Below, piece by piece: positions 1 to 12,404 of a DNA stretch of 64,000 bases. This DNA comes from an uncultured candidate division Zixibacteria bacterium. Its GTDB lineage: Bacteria > Zixibacteria > MSB-5A5 > UBA10806. A program made the translations under genes and the position numbers. Numbering within the stretch: position 1 is the stretch's first letter; each line of letters begins with the position of its first letter. The notes beneath the pieces are model-generated. The model ran no database searches. It saw nothing but the letters and a program-made list of their open reading frames with translations, and was not told the origin of the DNA. The DNA lies in assembly GCA_963817915.1 (NCBI GenBank), contig CAWFQL010000018.1:50965-114964 (forward strand). The letters are read 5' to 3'.

Positions 1-2
1 AG

Positions 3-3000
3 GATGAGAACTCAAACGCACCAGTTCCTCCTCCAGATCCCAATGTAATTCTTCAGGGCGGAGATGACTTCGCAAGTGCGACCGTCATCGGCGCGCTGCC
101 ATATATGGATAATGGAACTACTACCGGCATGACCCCCAATTATACGGTTTGCGGATATACAGTAGCTCCTGACGTCGTGTACTCTTATACTCCGGCCTCA
201 AATATTTCCATAAAGGTTACCTTGTGCACCGGCACAACTTGGGATACGGCTATCGGCGTAAATACTGATCCTACAACTCAAATCGCCTGCAATGACGATT
301 TCTGCGGATTAGTATCTGAGTTAAGCTCCGTTAGTCTCACTGGCGGAGTCACCTACTACATCATCATTAAGGGTTATAGTACTTATAATGGTCCTTACCA
401 GATCAACGTGACCGAAGTGGTCGCACTCACTCCCGATGTTAGCGTGACTTTACCTGCGGAATTGCCATATTCCAACACCAATACCAATTGCGGTCTTGGC
501 AATAGACAGAGCACTACCTGCCTTGGTAGCTATGATGGTGGTGAAGACATCACTTATCAAGTCACTTTAACCGCTCCATTGTCTCTGAATATCGTACTGG
601 ATCCTGGAGCATCCGATTATACCGGTATGGCTATCAGCGACGCATTCCCGCTCGGCGCAACTTGTATCGCGACTTCCACCAATTCCGGCGTCGGTGCCCA
701 TGGTTTCTACGGCCTAAGCTTGGCCGCAGGTACCTATTACATCATGATCGATACTTGGCCAACCCCCAATTGCATCCCATCATTTACATTGTCTATTCAA
801 GAGAATACTACAATTCCTCCGCCTAATGATGCATGCGCTGATGTCACTCCGGTCGGAATAACTGTCAATGTTCCAACAACAGTGACAGGCACAACCGATG
901 GAGCAACTTCCAACGATTGCGCTACATTCCCTGGCTACCCGCTGGTATGGGAAGCCTTCACTACTACTGAAGCCATGGATATTACCATTGATATGTGCGG
1001 CTCCGGTTCCCAGTATGGATTGATGTACTTCTACCTGACAACTGATTGCGCTTGCACAGCCATCATTCCAAATAATGGTTATAATTGGACTACTTGCGCA
1101 GATCTTAACCCCACATGGGTATTCTACAACGTTCCTGCTGGCACATATTATGTGCCGATCATTTATGATCCGGCCAACGGCAATCAGGGACCCTACCAGA
1201 TGACCTTCCTCGGCACTCCCCCCCCTGGGCCGCCAGCTAATGACGCTTGCGCTACCGCGGAAGCTATTGGCGATGTGACCGGCTTAGCTTGGAGCACGCT
1301 AGCCGCTACAGCCGATGGTATCGGTACTTGCATTACAACCCCTGACATTTGGTACGTTTACACCGCGTCAACTACCGGACTCATTCGTGCCAGCTTATGC
1401 GGTTCAGCATTCGATACCAAATTGGCGGTATACGATGGTAATAGCTGCAGCCCATTGCCGACCGAATTAGGTTGCAATGACGATTTCTGCGGTTTACAAT
1501 CTCAGCTCGATTTCCAGGGTGTTCTTGGAGAAGAGTATTTGATTCAAGTCGGTGGCTATTCTGGTTCTGGAACCGGCGTATTGACAGTCGGTCCTCCTCC
1601 TCCTCCTCCGCCAAACGATCTCTGCACAGACGTTACCCCCGTTCCGCTGCCGCTCGGCTCAACTCTTACATTCAACGGTACAACAGTAAATTCCAACAAT
1701 GATTGCGCTTTGTTAGGTACATATAACCAGGTTTGGGAAGCTTTTACAATTTCCTCACCTGCGAATGTTACCGTCGATTTCTGCACAACAGTTGGCTTTA
1801 CAAATTATTATTGGGTACTGGTTCAGGGTTGTCCTTGCGGAAGTTATATCCTTCGCACCAACTACGATTACACAACTTGCGGCGATGGTCAAATAACTTT
1901 CTGGTTTGATAACCTACCTTCCGGAACCTACTATCTGCCCGTACTGGGTCTAGCCGGATCAGCCGATGGCCCATATACGGTTCATATTTCCGCGGCCGCG
2001 TCTCCGCAGCCGGTTTTTGGAGTAGATCCTACTTCGATTACTGCGACTGTGGATCCCGGATGATATTGCCACCCAGGCATTATCAGTTACAAATAGCGGC
2101 ACATCCCCATTGACATTCACAGCCGGCATTTCGATTGATGCTCCTCCAGTTCCAGGTTCAGTACCTCGCAACGATTATTCTAATCCATCTTCTGCTATTC
2201 GCTCAATCGATAAGAACTTTATTACCACCCCAACCGGTCCGAGTGGATGGTTACCATCATCTGCGACTGATTATTTCACAGAAACATTCTCTGATGGCGA
2301 TTACACCACCAATCCGGCTTGGACAGCAAACAATGCCAGCACAAACCCGGCGTCTTATTGGACAGTCGTAACCGATCCATGGACATACATGACTCCTCCG
2401 ATGACAAATCATGGAACCGGTTTCTTCGCGGCATCTAACGCTGATGCCGGCGGTTCCGGCTCAATTACCGATGAAAGACTTTCTGCTTCATTCACCGGTA
2501 ACGGCGCGGGATACCTCGGATTGTCATTCTGGCTCGGCTACAGAGCTTTAGGCGATTATTTTGAGGTCTTGATTGACGGTGCCCAGGTTGCGATATACAC
2601 CACAACTACAACGGGACCGCAGCTCATTGATGTTTCCGCCTATAATGACGGAGCTCCTCACACATTAACTATGCATTTCTATTCTGAGTGGGGCTGGTGG
2701 GCCGCGTTTGACGACGTAGTTATCACCGATGTCGCACCCATGGGAAAATGCTGTTATGGCGATCCAGGTGCGCCTTCTTGTGCTGATAATTCACAGGCAG
2801 AGTGCAATGCTCTACAGGGTCTCTGGACAATGGGCGAAACCTGCGCAGGCAATCCGTGCCCGTCGGTTCAAGGTTGCGCTCCCGGTACCAACGTATTCGG
2901 TCAGCCTCCAATGCCGTCTGATGGCGCTTGGACATTCGTGACAACTGATATCGAATCTCCTGGTCCATACCTCGCATACGATAATTTTGCCGGCGCATAC

Positions 3001-3891
3001 GGCGAAGTTACCGCGGTCAAATTCTGGATTGCGGATCTATTCTACAGCGGCGGATGGGGAGAATGCGATAAGCCAGATCCAGCTGCATTCCAAATTAAGT
3101 TCTATGAAGATGCAGCCGGAATGCCCGGTACTGAAGTCGCTTCGTATGATGTCTCAGTTTCCCCAGTTCTCGGAGAAATGTATTCTGGCGTTTACCAGCA
3201 GAAAGAGTACACAGCTACTCTTCCGACACCAGTCTCCTTGTCTAATGGTTGGATTTCCATTCAGGGTGCCGATATTGGCGCCAGCTGCTGGATGTTGTGG
3301 CTTAATTCCTCTGAAGCCGGTACTGCGGTACAATGGGATGGCACAGCCTTCGTCCAGCTCGCTTACAATCTGGCGTTCTGCTTGATCGGTACACCGGTCC
3401 AGCCATGGCTTGCTATTGATGTCAACTCTGGCACAATCAACCCTGGCGATCCAGCCGTAGTAGTTACTGCCACCATGAATTCCACTGGCTTGGCTAATGG
3501 AACCTATCATGGTAGAGTTAACTTTAACACCAACGAAGTTGGCCTGTTAATTCACGAAGTTCCTGTTACCTTCACAGTCGGTGGCGGCGGATGCGAGTAT
3601 ATCATTGGCGATGCTAATGGTAGCAATAGCTTCAACGGCCTCGACGTTACTTACAGCGTTAACTACTTCAAGGGTGGCGCTGCTCCGCCGTTCTCTTGCG
3701 AGTGCACTCCAGGCAACATCTGGTTTGTTACTGGCGACGTTAACGGCAGCTGTTCGTTCAATGGTCTCGATGTGACCTACATGGTCAACTACTTCAAGGG
3801 CGGCGCGAATCCTATTCCTTGCGCTTCCTGCCCGCCTGCAGGTGTAGCCGCATCCACACCGCATACCAATACGAGCAACAGCGGTCAATAA
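3..3891 (+). CDS. Large secreted multidomain protein, 5'-truncated by the window edge; repeated beta-sandwich modules with poly-Pro linkers, a Cys-rich module and a C-terminal dockerin-like domain; one +1 frameshift near 2060
   Basis: Frame open from base 3 (DENSNAPVPPPDPNVILQGGD...). Removing one base at gatcccggatgatatt joins ORF 105-2063 to ORF 2110-3891 (VDPDDIATQALSVTNSGTSPLTF). Repeated PPND.C and CNDDFCGL motifs; paired GDANG/GDVNG..NGLDVTY repeats at the C-terminus. Confidence 0.8.
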
Positions 3892-3932
3892 GACTTAAAT
3901 AGCAAGACTGTAAAGTCTTGGTATTAAGCAAT

Positions 3933-3967
3933 AATCGGGTCTTCCAAACGGAAGGCCCGATTTTTTT
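3933..3967 (+). terminator. Intrinsic terminator
   Basis: tcgggtcttcc-aaac-ggaaggcccga hairpin followed by T7. Confidence 0.85.
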
Positions 3968-4061
3968 GATGCCTATCGCCATATGCCATTTTGGCAGTGG
4001 TCTGTCAATCGTCAATAGCGCCCCGTAACCATTTAATATACAAGCAGATACCTTTTTTTAT

Positions 4062-4090
4062 TTGACATTGCAGGTCAATTAAGGTATTAT
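4062..4090 (+). promoter_or_regulatory. Sigma70-type promoter
   Basis: TTGACA-17 nt-TATTAT, 55 nt upstream of ATG 4145. Confidence 0.7.
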
Positions 4091-4144
4091 AGACGGTCGA
4101 TTTATGGGATATTCAAACCATTAAAGAAGGTTTTAAGGTAGATA

Positions 4145-6319
4145 ATGCTTGGAGTCATTGAGAACAAATTTGTGATTGGAAGAGATGAGTTTTTCCCGTT
4201 TTCTGCGGAGATTCACTACTTCAGGGTGGAAAAACGTTACTGGTCAATCTGTTTCGAAAGAATTAGGCGCGCCGGATTTCGTATTATTTCAACTTATGTG
4301 CCGTGGAATCTTCATGAAGAGCGGCCGGGCAATTTCGATTTTCGCGGAGTCACCGGTAGCCAGAAGGACCTTATAGTATTTCTCGAGCTCGCTCGCGAAT
4401 TCGGTTTTAAGGTTATTCTTAAGCCGGGCCCATGGATCAAGGCTGAATGGTCAAATGGTGGACTGCCTAAATACTTATTTCAGGATGAGGCCATTGTCGC
4501 GCGCGATTTTAAATCCGAATTGGTAATGGCCAAAAATGGTCCCGGAATCGTCGAAAACTATCAACCGAGTTATCTCCACCCGAAATATATCGGACACGTC
4601 AAAAGATATCTGGGGGGACTGGTTGAGGTTATTCAAAATTATATCTTCCCCAAAGGTCCGGTCTTCATTATACAATTGGATGAAGAGCTTAGCTTCGGCG
4701 GCAACCTGGGCGCGTTTGATGCCGATTACAATAATTTCATCATTACCGAATATTACTTCCAATTTCTGGAAGAAAAATATAAGGACCCGTCCAAGCTTCC
4801 CGCGTGCTATGGCAAGAAGCTCAAGAGCTTCAATGTTGTCGAGCCGCCGATTGCCATCGACGCCAAAAGCCCCGTTGACATGGTCAGGTATTTCGATTGG
4901 ATCGAGTTCAAGGGCACCATTCTTTCAAAATATATCATCACTATCAGGGAAAGATTGGAAGCCCTTGGTGTTGGATGTCTGTTCTCGCTGAATTTGCCCT
5001 GGACCGATGACTTCAGCCTTCCGGCCAATTTAGATAGTTTCGGACACGATAAAATGGTAATCGGAATGCAAGTTCCCGATTCGGTCGATTATTGCCGCCT
5101 CGGAAGAAATCTCCGCTATCTTACCGGCAAGACAGGTTTCTGCTGGTCGTCCCAATTATATGGCGGAAGACCCACCGAAACATCAGTACCGGTAGCCCAC
5201 GCTGAAAAACAATCCTGGCAGGTAGGCGCACGTTATCACAAGTATCATATGATCTGCTCTCTCGCCGCCGGCTTGAAGGGTATGAATCACTACATGTTTG
5301 TTGGACGGGATCACTGGCAGGGCTCACCGCTGGGGCATGATGGTACGGTCAATGAAAATTACGAAATAATCCGAAAAAGCAACGCCGCCCTTGAAGCCAT
5401 AGATATCAATACGGCAAAATCGGTGTCGAAAATCGGTATCGCCTATTATAGAAATTACCTCGTTCAGCATCATCTCATGCTTCAACAGCAATTTCCCTAT
5501 GTTGTAGATCTGGTCTCGCAGACACTAAATCCACTTGGCCAGGACCTCATGAATCTTAAATATGATTACTCTGTGGTCGATATCGAATCGCAGGATTCAC
5601 TCGCAGAAAAAGACCTCTATTTTATACCTGTCGCCGAATATATGTCTCAGACCGCGCAAAAGCAGATTCTTGAAGCTGTCAAAAAGGGGAAAAATGTCGT
5701 TCTATTCGGATTGATGCCGAAATTCGATGAAAAATTCGAAAACTGCAAAATCCTTTCCAAAGGCTTGGGGCTGAGCACCAATTACGATTGGGCGCCTGCC
5801 AATATTGTATGGGAAAAAGCAAATATCAAATCCATTCGTTATGGATTCATAGCCTCCACCGGCTCTTCCAAAGTACTGGCCAAATCAGGGACAAAACCCG
5901 TAGGCGTCTGCAAAAAGGTTGGTTCGGGTAATGTTTATTTATTCACATTCGATGTCTCTCCGAAATTCGACCCCTCAAAATTCGAGCTTCTACGTTCCGT
6001 CTTCGAAGCTCTCAAGATCGATTCGCCTGTGTCAACCTCCGATCCCCAGGTCGATCTGATTGCCCAGGTTAATGAAAAGGGCATCATTCTCTATCTCATC
6101 AATACTGATACGACCTTTGCCACTCCGGATAGCACATTCGCCAAGAAGGTGGTACTATCGATTGATATCGCCGAATTGGGAGTTAAGATGGCCAAAGTAA
6201 AGATGATCGATATTCTCGACGAGCAGACTTTCACCTTTACTGCCAAAGAACTCAAAGAAGGAATCGTATTCCCTGTTCGTTTCCACGAAGCCAGGATATT
6301 CTTTATTCCGAAAAAATAG
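4145..6319 (+). CDS. Glycoside hydrolase family 35-like protein (beta-galactosidase / GlmA-like), possibly with atypical catalytic residues
   Basis: GH35 N-terminal motifs EIHYFR, STYVPWNLHE, ILKPGPWIKAEWSNGGLP, IIQLDEE; C-terminal GH42-like trimerisation region. Confidence 0.8.
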   Translation: MLGVIENKFVIGRDEFFPFSAEIHYFRVEKRYWSICFERIRRAGFRIISTYVPWNLHEERPGNFDFRGVTGSQKDLIVFLELAREFGFKVILKPGPWIKAEWSNGGLPKYLFQDEAIVARDFKSELVMAKNGPGIVENYQPSYLHPKYIGHVKRYLGGLVEVIQNYIFPKGPVFIIQLDEELSFGGNLGAFDADYNNFIITEYYFQFLEEKYKDPSKLPACYGKKLKSFNVVEPPIAIDAKSPVDMVRYFDWIEFKGTILSKYIITIRERLEALGVGCLFSLNLPWTDDFSLPANLDSFGHDKMVIGMQVPDSVDYCRLGRNLRYLTGKTGFCWSSQLYGGRPTETSVPVAHAEKQSWQVGARYHKYHMICSLAAGLKGMNHYMFVGRDHWQGSPLGHDGTVNENYEIIRKSNAALEAIDINTAKSVSKIGIAYYRNYLVQHHLMLQQQFPYVVDLVSQTLNPLGQDLMNLKYDYSVVDIESQDSLAEKDLYFIPVAEYMSQTAQKQILEAVKKGKNVVLFGLMPKFDEKFENCKILSKGLGLSTNYDWAPANIVWEKANIKSIRYGFIASTGSSKVLAKSGTKPVGVCKKVGSGNVYLFTFDVSPKFDPSKFELLRSVFEALKIDSPVSTSDPQVDLIAQVNEKGIILYLINTDTTFATPDSTFAKKVVLSIDIAELGVKMAKVKMIDILDEQTFTFTAKELKEGIVFPVRFHEARIFFIPKK

Positions 6320-6339
6320 TTTCCAAAGATATTGAAAAT

Positions 6340-6372
6340 AAAAAAAGGCGGCCATCTATTAGCCGCCTTTTT
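6340..6372. terminator. Bidirectional intrinsic terminator between convergent genes
   Basis: aaaaaaaggcggc-catctatta-gccgccttttt. Confidence 0.85.
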
Positions 6373-6391
6373 GATATATATTAAATCTATC

Positions 6392-8662
6392 TTAGCATTT
6401 CGAGTATCCGCAGTCGGGGCAGTAAATACATCCTGATTCGGTATTCAGCTTATTTCCGCAATCGGGGCAGATCAACGCTGATAGATCTGTTTGCGCCTTG
6501 AGCGTCTTGCCGTTGCCGAAATGCTTATGCAACGTCTTCGCGATAGCATCGGGCACCGAACGAACCAAGCCACCTGATCCGAAGACCGGCGTATCGCCGC
6601 CGATTCCTCGCAATTGCTCTATAATCTCCTCGACTGATACTCCTGTTCTCAACGCCAGCGAAATCAGCCTGCAAACAGCCTCGGTATCGGCCATTGTGTC
6701 ATGGCCCGATTTACCAATCTGGGCGAATACCTCGAATGGTTTGCCGTTGAGCGTATTTATAGTGACATAAAGATTGCCGAATCCGGTCTTGATCTTGTTG
6801 GTGATTCCCTGCAATGTCTCCGGGCGATCCCTTACCTCGCCTTTCCCGTCCTCTAATTCCTTCTTATCGCTTTTCTTGGTGGAAAGAACCTGATAAGCCC
6901 TTGAGCCGTCGCGATAAATAGTCACGCCTTTGCAACCCGAATTATAGGCAAGCTCGTATGCGGTCTTGACATCATCGGCGGTCGCGGAGTTGGGTAGATT
7001 TATTGTTTTTGATACAGCGTTTTCGGTATGCTTCTGGAATGCAGCCTGCATCCTGACATGCCATTCAGGTGAGATATCGTGAGCAGTCACGAACACTTGC
7101 TTGATTGCTTCAGGGATTTCTTCGAATTCGGAGATCGAATTCTTTTCAGCAATCCGCTCCATAAGACGATCCGAATATATCCCCATCTCCTTGGCGCGAG
7201 ATTCAAACAACGGGTTTACTTCGACAAGTCGTGTATTATCCATGACATTGCGAATATAGCTGATCGCGAAGATCGGTTCTATTCCCGACGAACATCCAGC
7301 TATAATCGAAATAGTTCCGGTTGGCGCGATTGTCGTTACTGTCGAATTTCTCCGCGAATGACCCGATCCAAGCTTTTCATTATAGAATGACGATTTTTTC
7401 CAGTTTGGAAATTCTCCGCGCTTTTTGGCGAGCTCATTACTGGCGGCATCCGCGGCGCCCTGAATAAAGCTCATCACTTGCTCCGATAACTTCAGCGCCT
7501 CTTCAGAATTGTATGGCACATCGAGCATGATAAGCAAATCCGCCCAGCCCATAACTCCGAGTCCGATTCGGCGATTATTCTTGGTGGATTTGTCTATTTC
7601 CGGAAGTGGATAGCGATTTTCCTCTATGACATTATCGAGGAAATGAATTGCCTGCTCTACAAGCTCTTTCAATTTATCCCAGTCGATTTCGTTGCGAAAC
7701 ATTTTGGAGGTATCCGATGAATCGACAACTGCCTTCACGACCTTGGATAAATTAATCGATCCTAAATTGCAGCTTTCATAGGGGAGAAGCGGCTGTTCGC
7801 CGCAGGGATTAGTAGCTTCGACCAACCCGACTGCATTGGTTTTTTCTTTGGAATTGATTCTGTCGATAAATATTACACCCGGCTCGCCGGTTCTGTGAGC
7901 GTGATCTATAATTGCCTGGAACACTTCGTTGGCATCGAGACTCAACGGCTTATTGTCTCTGATAAAATGCTGGCCGTCTTTCGGATTCAGCAGGGGATAG
8001 GTCGTATGATTTTTTACTGCCCGCATGAATTCATCTGTGATCGCCACGGAAATATTGAAATTCGTCAGTTCATTCAAATCATCTTTGCATTTGATAAAAT
8101 CCAATATATCAGGATGATCCACCCGTAGTATGCCCATGTTGGCGCCGCGCCGCGTGCCGCCCTGCTTAACAGCCTCGGTTGCCGCGTTAATTACCTTCAT
8201 GAAACTCACAGGCCCCGATGCTACTCCCGAGGTCGAGGCTACCATCGAATTCTTGGGCCTTAGACGAGAAAACGAAAATCCGGTGCCACCGCCCGATTTA
8301 TGAATCAATGCGGTATGTTTAACAGTATCGAAAATTGAATCCATGGAATCTTCGATTGGCAATACGAAGCACGCCGAAAGCTGTCCCAATTTTCTGCCGG
8401 CATTCATGAGAGTAGGAGAATTAGGCAAAAATTCCAGGCGGGCCATCATACGATAAAAATCCGAAGTCGCCTTTTCGACATCCTCAGCGGTGGCTCCGAA
8501 TTTTAAATCGGCATCCGCGATTGTCCGTGCTACTCGTAAGAATAGCTCGCCTGGAGTTTCAACTACTTGCCCGAGATCGTTCTTGATCAGGTAACGCCTT
8601 TTTAAGACGGCAAGTGAATTTGCTGTCAATTGTGGCGTCATCTCTGTCTGTTGTTTTTGCAC
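6392..8662 (-). CDS. nrdJ: Class II (adenosylcobalamin-dependent) ribonucleotide reductase with C-terminal TSCPD and zinc-ribbon domains
   Basis: [36 protein letters not shown]-terminal CPDCG...CPDCGYSKC; no beta-subunit gene adjacent. Confidence 0.93.
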   Translation of the reverse strand: MQKQQTEMTPQLTANSLAVLKRRYLIKNDLGQVVETPGELFLRVARTIADADLKFGATAEDVEKATSDFYRMMARLEFLPNSPTLMNAGRKLGQLSACFVLPIEDSMDSIFDTVKHTALIHKSGGGTGFSFSRLRPKNSMVASTSGVASGPVSFMKVINAATEAVKQGGTRRGANMGILRVDHPDILDFIKCKDDLNELTNFNISVAITDEFMRAVKNHTTYPLLNPKDGQHFIRDNKPLSLDANEVFQAIIDHAHRTGEPGVIFIDRINSKEKTNAVGLVEATNPCGEQPLLPYESCNLGSINLSKVVKAVVDSSDTSKMFRNEIDWDKLKELVEQAIHFLDNVIEENRYPLPEIDKSTKNNRRIGLGVMGWADLLIMLDVPYNSEEALKLSEQVMSFIQGAADAASNELAKKRGEFPNWKKSSFYNEKLGSGHSRRNSTVTTIAPTGTISIIAGCSSGIEPIFAISYIRNVMDNTRLVEVNPLFESRAKEMGIYSDRLMERIAEKNSISEFEEIPEAIKQVFVTAHDISPEWHVRMQAAFQKHTENAVSKTINLPNSATADDVKTAYELAYNSGCKGVTIYRDGSRAYQVLSTKKSDKKELEDGKGEVRDRPETLQGITNKIKTGFGNLYVTINTLNGKPFEVFAQIGKSGHDTMADTEAVCRLISLALRTGVSVEEIIEQLRGIGGDTPVFGSGGLVRSVPDAIAKTLHKHFGNGKTLKAQTDLSALICPDCGNKLNTESGCIYCPDCGYSKC

Positions 8663-8698
8663 CTGGCCGCCCTCCTGCTAATGGAAACTACATAGCCT

Positions 8699-9460
8699 CT
8701 ATGTATAAAATTCATAAGTTGCCGATTTTGTTTCTTCATCTATCTTGAAGTCTCCGAATACGATAGGAGCTTCCTTCTTCATCGTTTTCAGCATTTCCAA
8801 CGCTATTGATCTTATCTCCCAATGAGCCCTCGGGTGAGTGCGAAGGCAGAAAAAATGCCTCAATTCGCGGAAGTTCGCCGTGATTACTATTTCCGATACG
8901 GTCGCGTTTGGCAGTAAGTATCTGGCATCCTCGGGCGGCACTCCGGCATCAAGCAGTTTTTCATATAGCTCGTAACTCACCAAAATCGCCTTTTCGTATA
9001 GCTTTACAAAATCCTCTTTTTTGTCTGGATATGAAGCGTTAACTATTGTCTCAGGAATTACGACCTGAAAATCAGTGGTTTTCTTTCTGTCTTTTTTATC
9101 CGCATAGCAGACATAGCGCTGGCTTTCCTGCGATGGCGAGATAAGCCTATGGCGCACAAGCTCATGCGTGAATACCCTCGATGCCCCTTTTATCCTGAAG
9201 GTAGCCGAGGCATGTTCCATCACCGAATGATGCCCTTTATTTAATATCTTTTCGATAAGTTCTTTGGTCGATGTTGGTGGATCATAACGATGGAATGAAA
9301 GATAGCAGGTTCTGCACGCCTTCTCAATAATATCTTCTCCATTGGGAGTGATTGACATAAGCTCAATACTGCTTTGGGCAAAATATGGACTCAGTCGGTC
9401 TCCGCGGAAAGTCTTGTTCGAACTATTTAACAACAAATCAATAACCTCTCCCCCCGGCAT
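8699..9460 (-). CDS. thyX: FAD-dependent thymidylate synthase (true start may be a TTG near 9436)
   Basis: ThyX signature HELVRHRLISPSQESQRY; GHHSVMEH; EDARYLLP; AHWEIR. Confidence 0.93.
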   Translation of the reverse strand: MPGGEVIDLLLNSSNKTFRGDRLSPYFAQSSIELMSITPNGEDIIEKACRTCYLSFHRYDPPTSTKELIEKILNKGHHSVMEHASATFRIKGASRVFTHELVRHRLISPSQESQRYVCYADKKDRKKTTDFQVVIPETIVNASYPDKKEDFVKLYEKAILVSYELYEKLLDAGVPPEDARYLLPNATVSEIVITANFRELRHFFCLRTHPRAHWEIRSIALEMLKTMKKEAPIVFGDFKIDEETKSATYEFYT

Positions 9461-9532
9461 TGCTTTTTTATGTAAAAACTACCACAAAATACTTCTAACT
9501 TCTCAACCATTTATCTTCAAATGGCGAGGAGC

Positions 9533-9561
9533 ATTGTAGCGACCAGCCAAAATACTGTCAA
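9533..9561 (-). promoter_or_regulatory. Sigma70 promoter of thyX-nrdJ
   Basis: Minus strand TTGACA (9561-9556)-17 nt-TACAAT (9538-9533). Confidence 0.75.
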
Positions 9562-9589
9562 GAAAAAATTGTTATTTTTTTTCGATTTA

Positions 9590-9637
9590 ACACAACATGT
9601 TGTGTATCAACATACTTCAAAATACCATATATCGTGT
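9590..9637. promoter_or_regulatory. Tandem NrdR boxes
   Basis: ACACAACATGTTGTGT (9590-9605) and ATACCATATATCGTGT (9622-9637), 32 bp apart, matching acaCwAtATaTwGtgt, upstream of an RNR operon. Confidence 0.85.
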
Positions 9638-9723
9638 CTGGCCTATTTTTTTGTGTCATATTCAGGCTTGACTTTTTGCCGATTTTTGTTAAATTATTGT
9701 TAATTAACAAGAAAGGAGCTTTA

Positions 9724-12187
9724 ATGTTTAGAAAGCTTTTAATAGTAATAATAATGATAGCAAGCTTCACCACGATCGCTATCGCTTCTGATAACTATAT
9801 TATCGTTGTAGAAAACCCCCAAAGCGGAGCTCCGGCTGATTTAAATAGCTATCCGGGAGGGGTATGGGGAAAGACAATTGACAAAATTTATCTGGCCGGC
9901 GATGACAACGATATAGCTTGGCTCGATGATCATTACATTCAGTATAAAAAAATTCCATTCGATGGGGAATGCTCCAATCTTTATCTGATTCAATCAGACG
10001 GTCGGGGGTCTTTGATGAATTCCAATATTCTTGATTCCGGCCCCGGATACATTTTAAGCCTTGATAAGCCCATCGGAAATCATGAATATCAAATTCTCAC
10101 TCAGCGAAGACTGCCATTAGGAAATCGCGATTTTCAGCCCGAAATGATCCTGACATACAATAATGCCGTGGCAAACATGATCGGCCAGGTCAATCAGGAC
10201 ACTATCATTAATGGTCTTTCGAGATTGTCGGGCGCTTCTCCGATCATGTTTAATGGCCATCAGGATACGATCAAAACCAGATTCTCAGGCACCGATGATA
10301 ATTCCATGGCCGCGGAATATATTTCCCAGATTTTAAATTCGTATGGATACGATGTCGAATACGATGGTTTCTTCTCGGGAAATTTACGGCACGTCGCCGC
10401 ATATAATAATAATTTCGCCTGGGCCGTCGCGGAAAATTCTACGGCATACAGAACTACCAATGGCGGCAATACCTGGAATATCATGGCCGATAATTCGGCT
10501 TATTCTCTATGGGGTGTTTCCAATATTGGCCCGGATTCGATATGGATTACCGGCGATATCGGGACGATCAGATTTTCATCCGATGGCGGATTAAATTTCG
10601 CGACACAAAATGCTAATACGCAGGAATTTCCTATTCGGATCGAGTTTCATAAATTCATCCGAAGGCTGGGTGGCCTGCGATAACGGCCATGTTCTGTATA
10701 CTACTAATTCCGGACTAAACTGGACTCAGCAAACTACTCCGGTCGGCTCCCGATTTTACGATATCAAATTTGTCGATTCCCAATATGGTTGGGCTGTCGG
10801 TAGGGACGGTTCGATAGTCAGTACCACAAATGGAGGCGCTAATTGGGTTCGGCAGACATCCAACACTATTGAACGATTATATGGCGTCGATTTCACTGAT
10901 CGCAATAACGGCTGGGTGGTTGGATGGAATGGTGTCGTGTTGCATACCACCAATGGCGGCGCCAACTGGCAAAATGTATCTCTTGGAACTGCGGTCGAAA
11001 AATACCAGGTCAATTTCAGCGATGCTTCACACGGCTGCATAGTCGGCTGGAACGGCGAAGTATTTATAACATCGAATGCGGGCGGCAACTGGACACAAAT
11101 CCAGGCGGGAACTCTCAAGAATTTCTACGGCGTTGATTTTGCCAGTACCCAAATCGGGTACGCTGTTGGCGATGGCGCAATATATAAGACCGCCGATGGT
11201 GGCACAACCTGGATCAGCCAGAATGCAGGCGTAGAGGGGGCGTGGCGCAATGTCATCGCGACAAAACCGGGGACGGTCAATCCTAATCATCAGGTTATTG
11301 TCTGTGGTCACTTCGATAACACATCCCAGCAGCCGCAAATTACCGCTACTGGTGCCGATGATAACGGCTCGGGGACAATAGGCGTAATTGAAGCGGCCAG
11401 AATTTTCGCGAATAGGCATTTTGAAAAGACTATCAAATTCTGCCTTTGGACAGGCGAGGAGCAGGGGTTGCTTGGTTCGGCTTCATACGCAGAAGCGGCC
11501 AGTTTCAGGGGCGATAGCATAGACGGTGTTTTTAACTACGATATGATTTCATATGATGGTAACGCCGACAATCATGGCGAGCTGCATTGCGGCACGCAGG
11601 CGGCGTCTATTGCTCTCGGTAATCTTACACAAACCGTCATCGAGGATTATACCATTGATTTGAATACCACTATCCTTACCTGGAATGCCACAAATCGTTC
11701 TGACCATGCGTCCTTCTGGAATTACAATTATCCCGCAATGCTCAGCATTGAGGATTTCTCCAGCGATTTCAATCCATTCTATCATACTACCGGTGATAAC
11801 ATGAGTATCATTGTGCCGACATACTTTACGAGTTATGTCAAAACATTGGTTGGCGGCTCAGCGTCGCTCGCTATTCCCGATACAATTAATACCGGTATCG
11901 ATAATAACGAAATATTGCCTGAAAATATCGCGCTAATCCAGAGCTATCCCAACCCATTCAATCCATCTGCCACTATATCTTTCACACTTAAGGCGCCATC
12001 AGATATGGATCTTTCAATATTTGATATTCTCGGACGTAAGGTTGCGACAGTGTATAGTGGCCGTGCCGAAGCGGGCACTCATAATATCACCTGGAATGCC
12101 GGAGATAATTCATCCGGCATCTATTTGTATCGTCTGTCGTCGAAAGACGGCCTTAATGCCTCCGGCCGAATGACATTGTTGAAATGA
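9724..12187 (+). CDS. Secreted M28-family metallopeptidase with an inserted YCF48/BNR-type beta-propeller and a C-terminal YPNPFN sorting domain; +1 frameshift near 10623
   Basis: RBS aaggag and signal peptide; T.NGG.NW BNR repeats; Zn motifs CGHFD, GADDNGSG, GEEQGL, NYDMI, RSDH, PFYHT; acgcaggaatttc reads through if one G is removed. Confidence 0.85.
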
Positions 12188-12208
12188 TCATGAATATTAA
12201 AATGCTCT

Positions 12209-12232
12209 GTAGGGGCGAGGTTACCTCGCCCT
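12209..12232 (+). repeat. GTAG-family REP-like palindrome
   Basis: GTAG-GGGCGAGG-TTA-CCTCGCCC-T, intergenic just after a stop codon. Confidence 0.65.
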
Positions 12233-12404
12233 GATCGCGCCTTCAGAAACCCTTCCTGACGGCATTTTTTTTGGCGCTGGCTTTTATCATATTATCGGGT
12301 CGCCTGATCCGACACAAAAAGAATCGCCAAATGAGGGCACTCTGTTTCATTTTTAATAGTTTTTCTAAGCATAAAAGAAATGCTGATTGATTAAAAGGAG
12401 CAAT

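Noticed and set aside
2055..2065. Programmed ribosomal frameshifting at this and similar breaks
   Set aside because: No shared slippery motif; the same one-base excess occurs in many unrelated genes.
8663..9532. Cobalamin riboswitch for nrdJ
   Set aside because: Leader and intergenic spaces are too short and lack the B12-box motifs.
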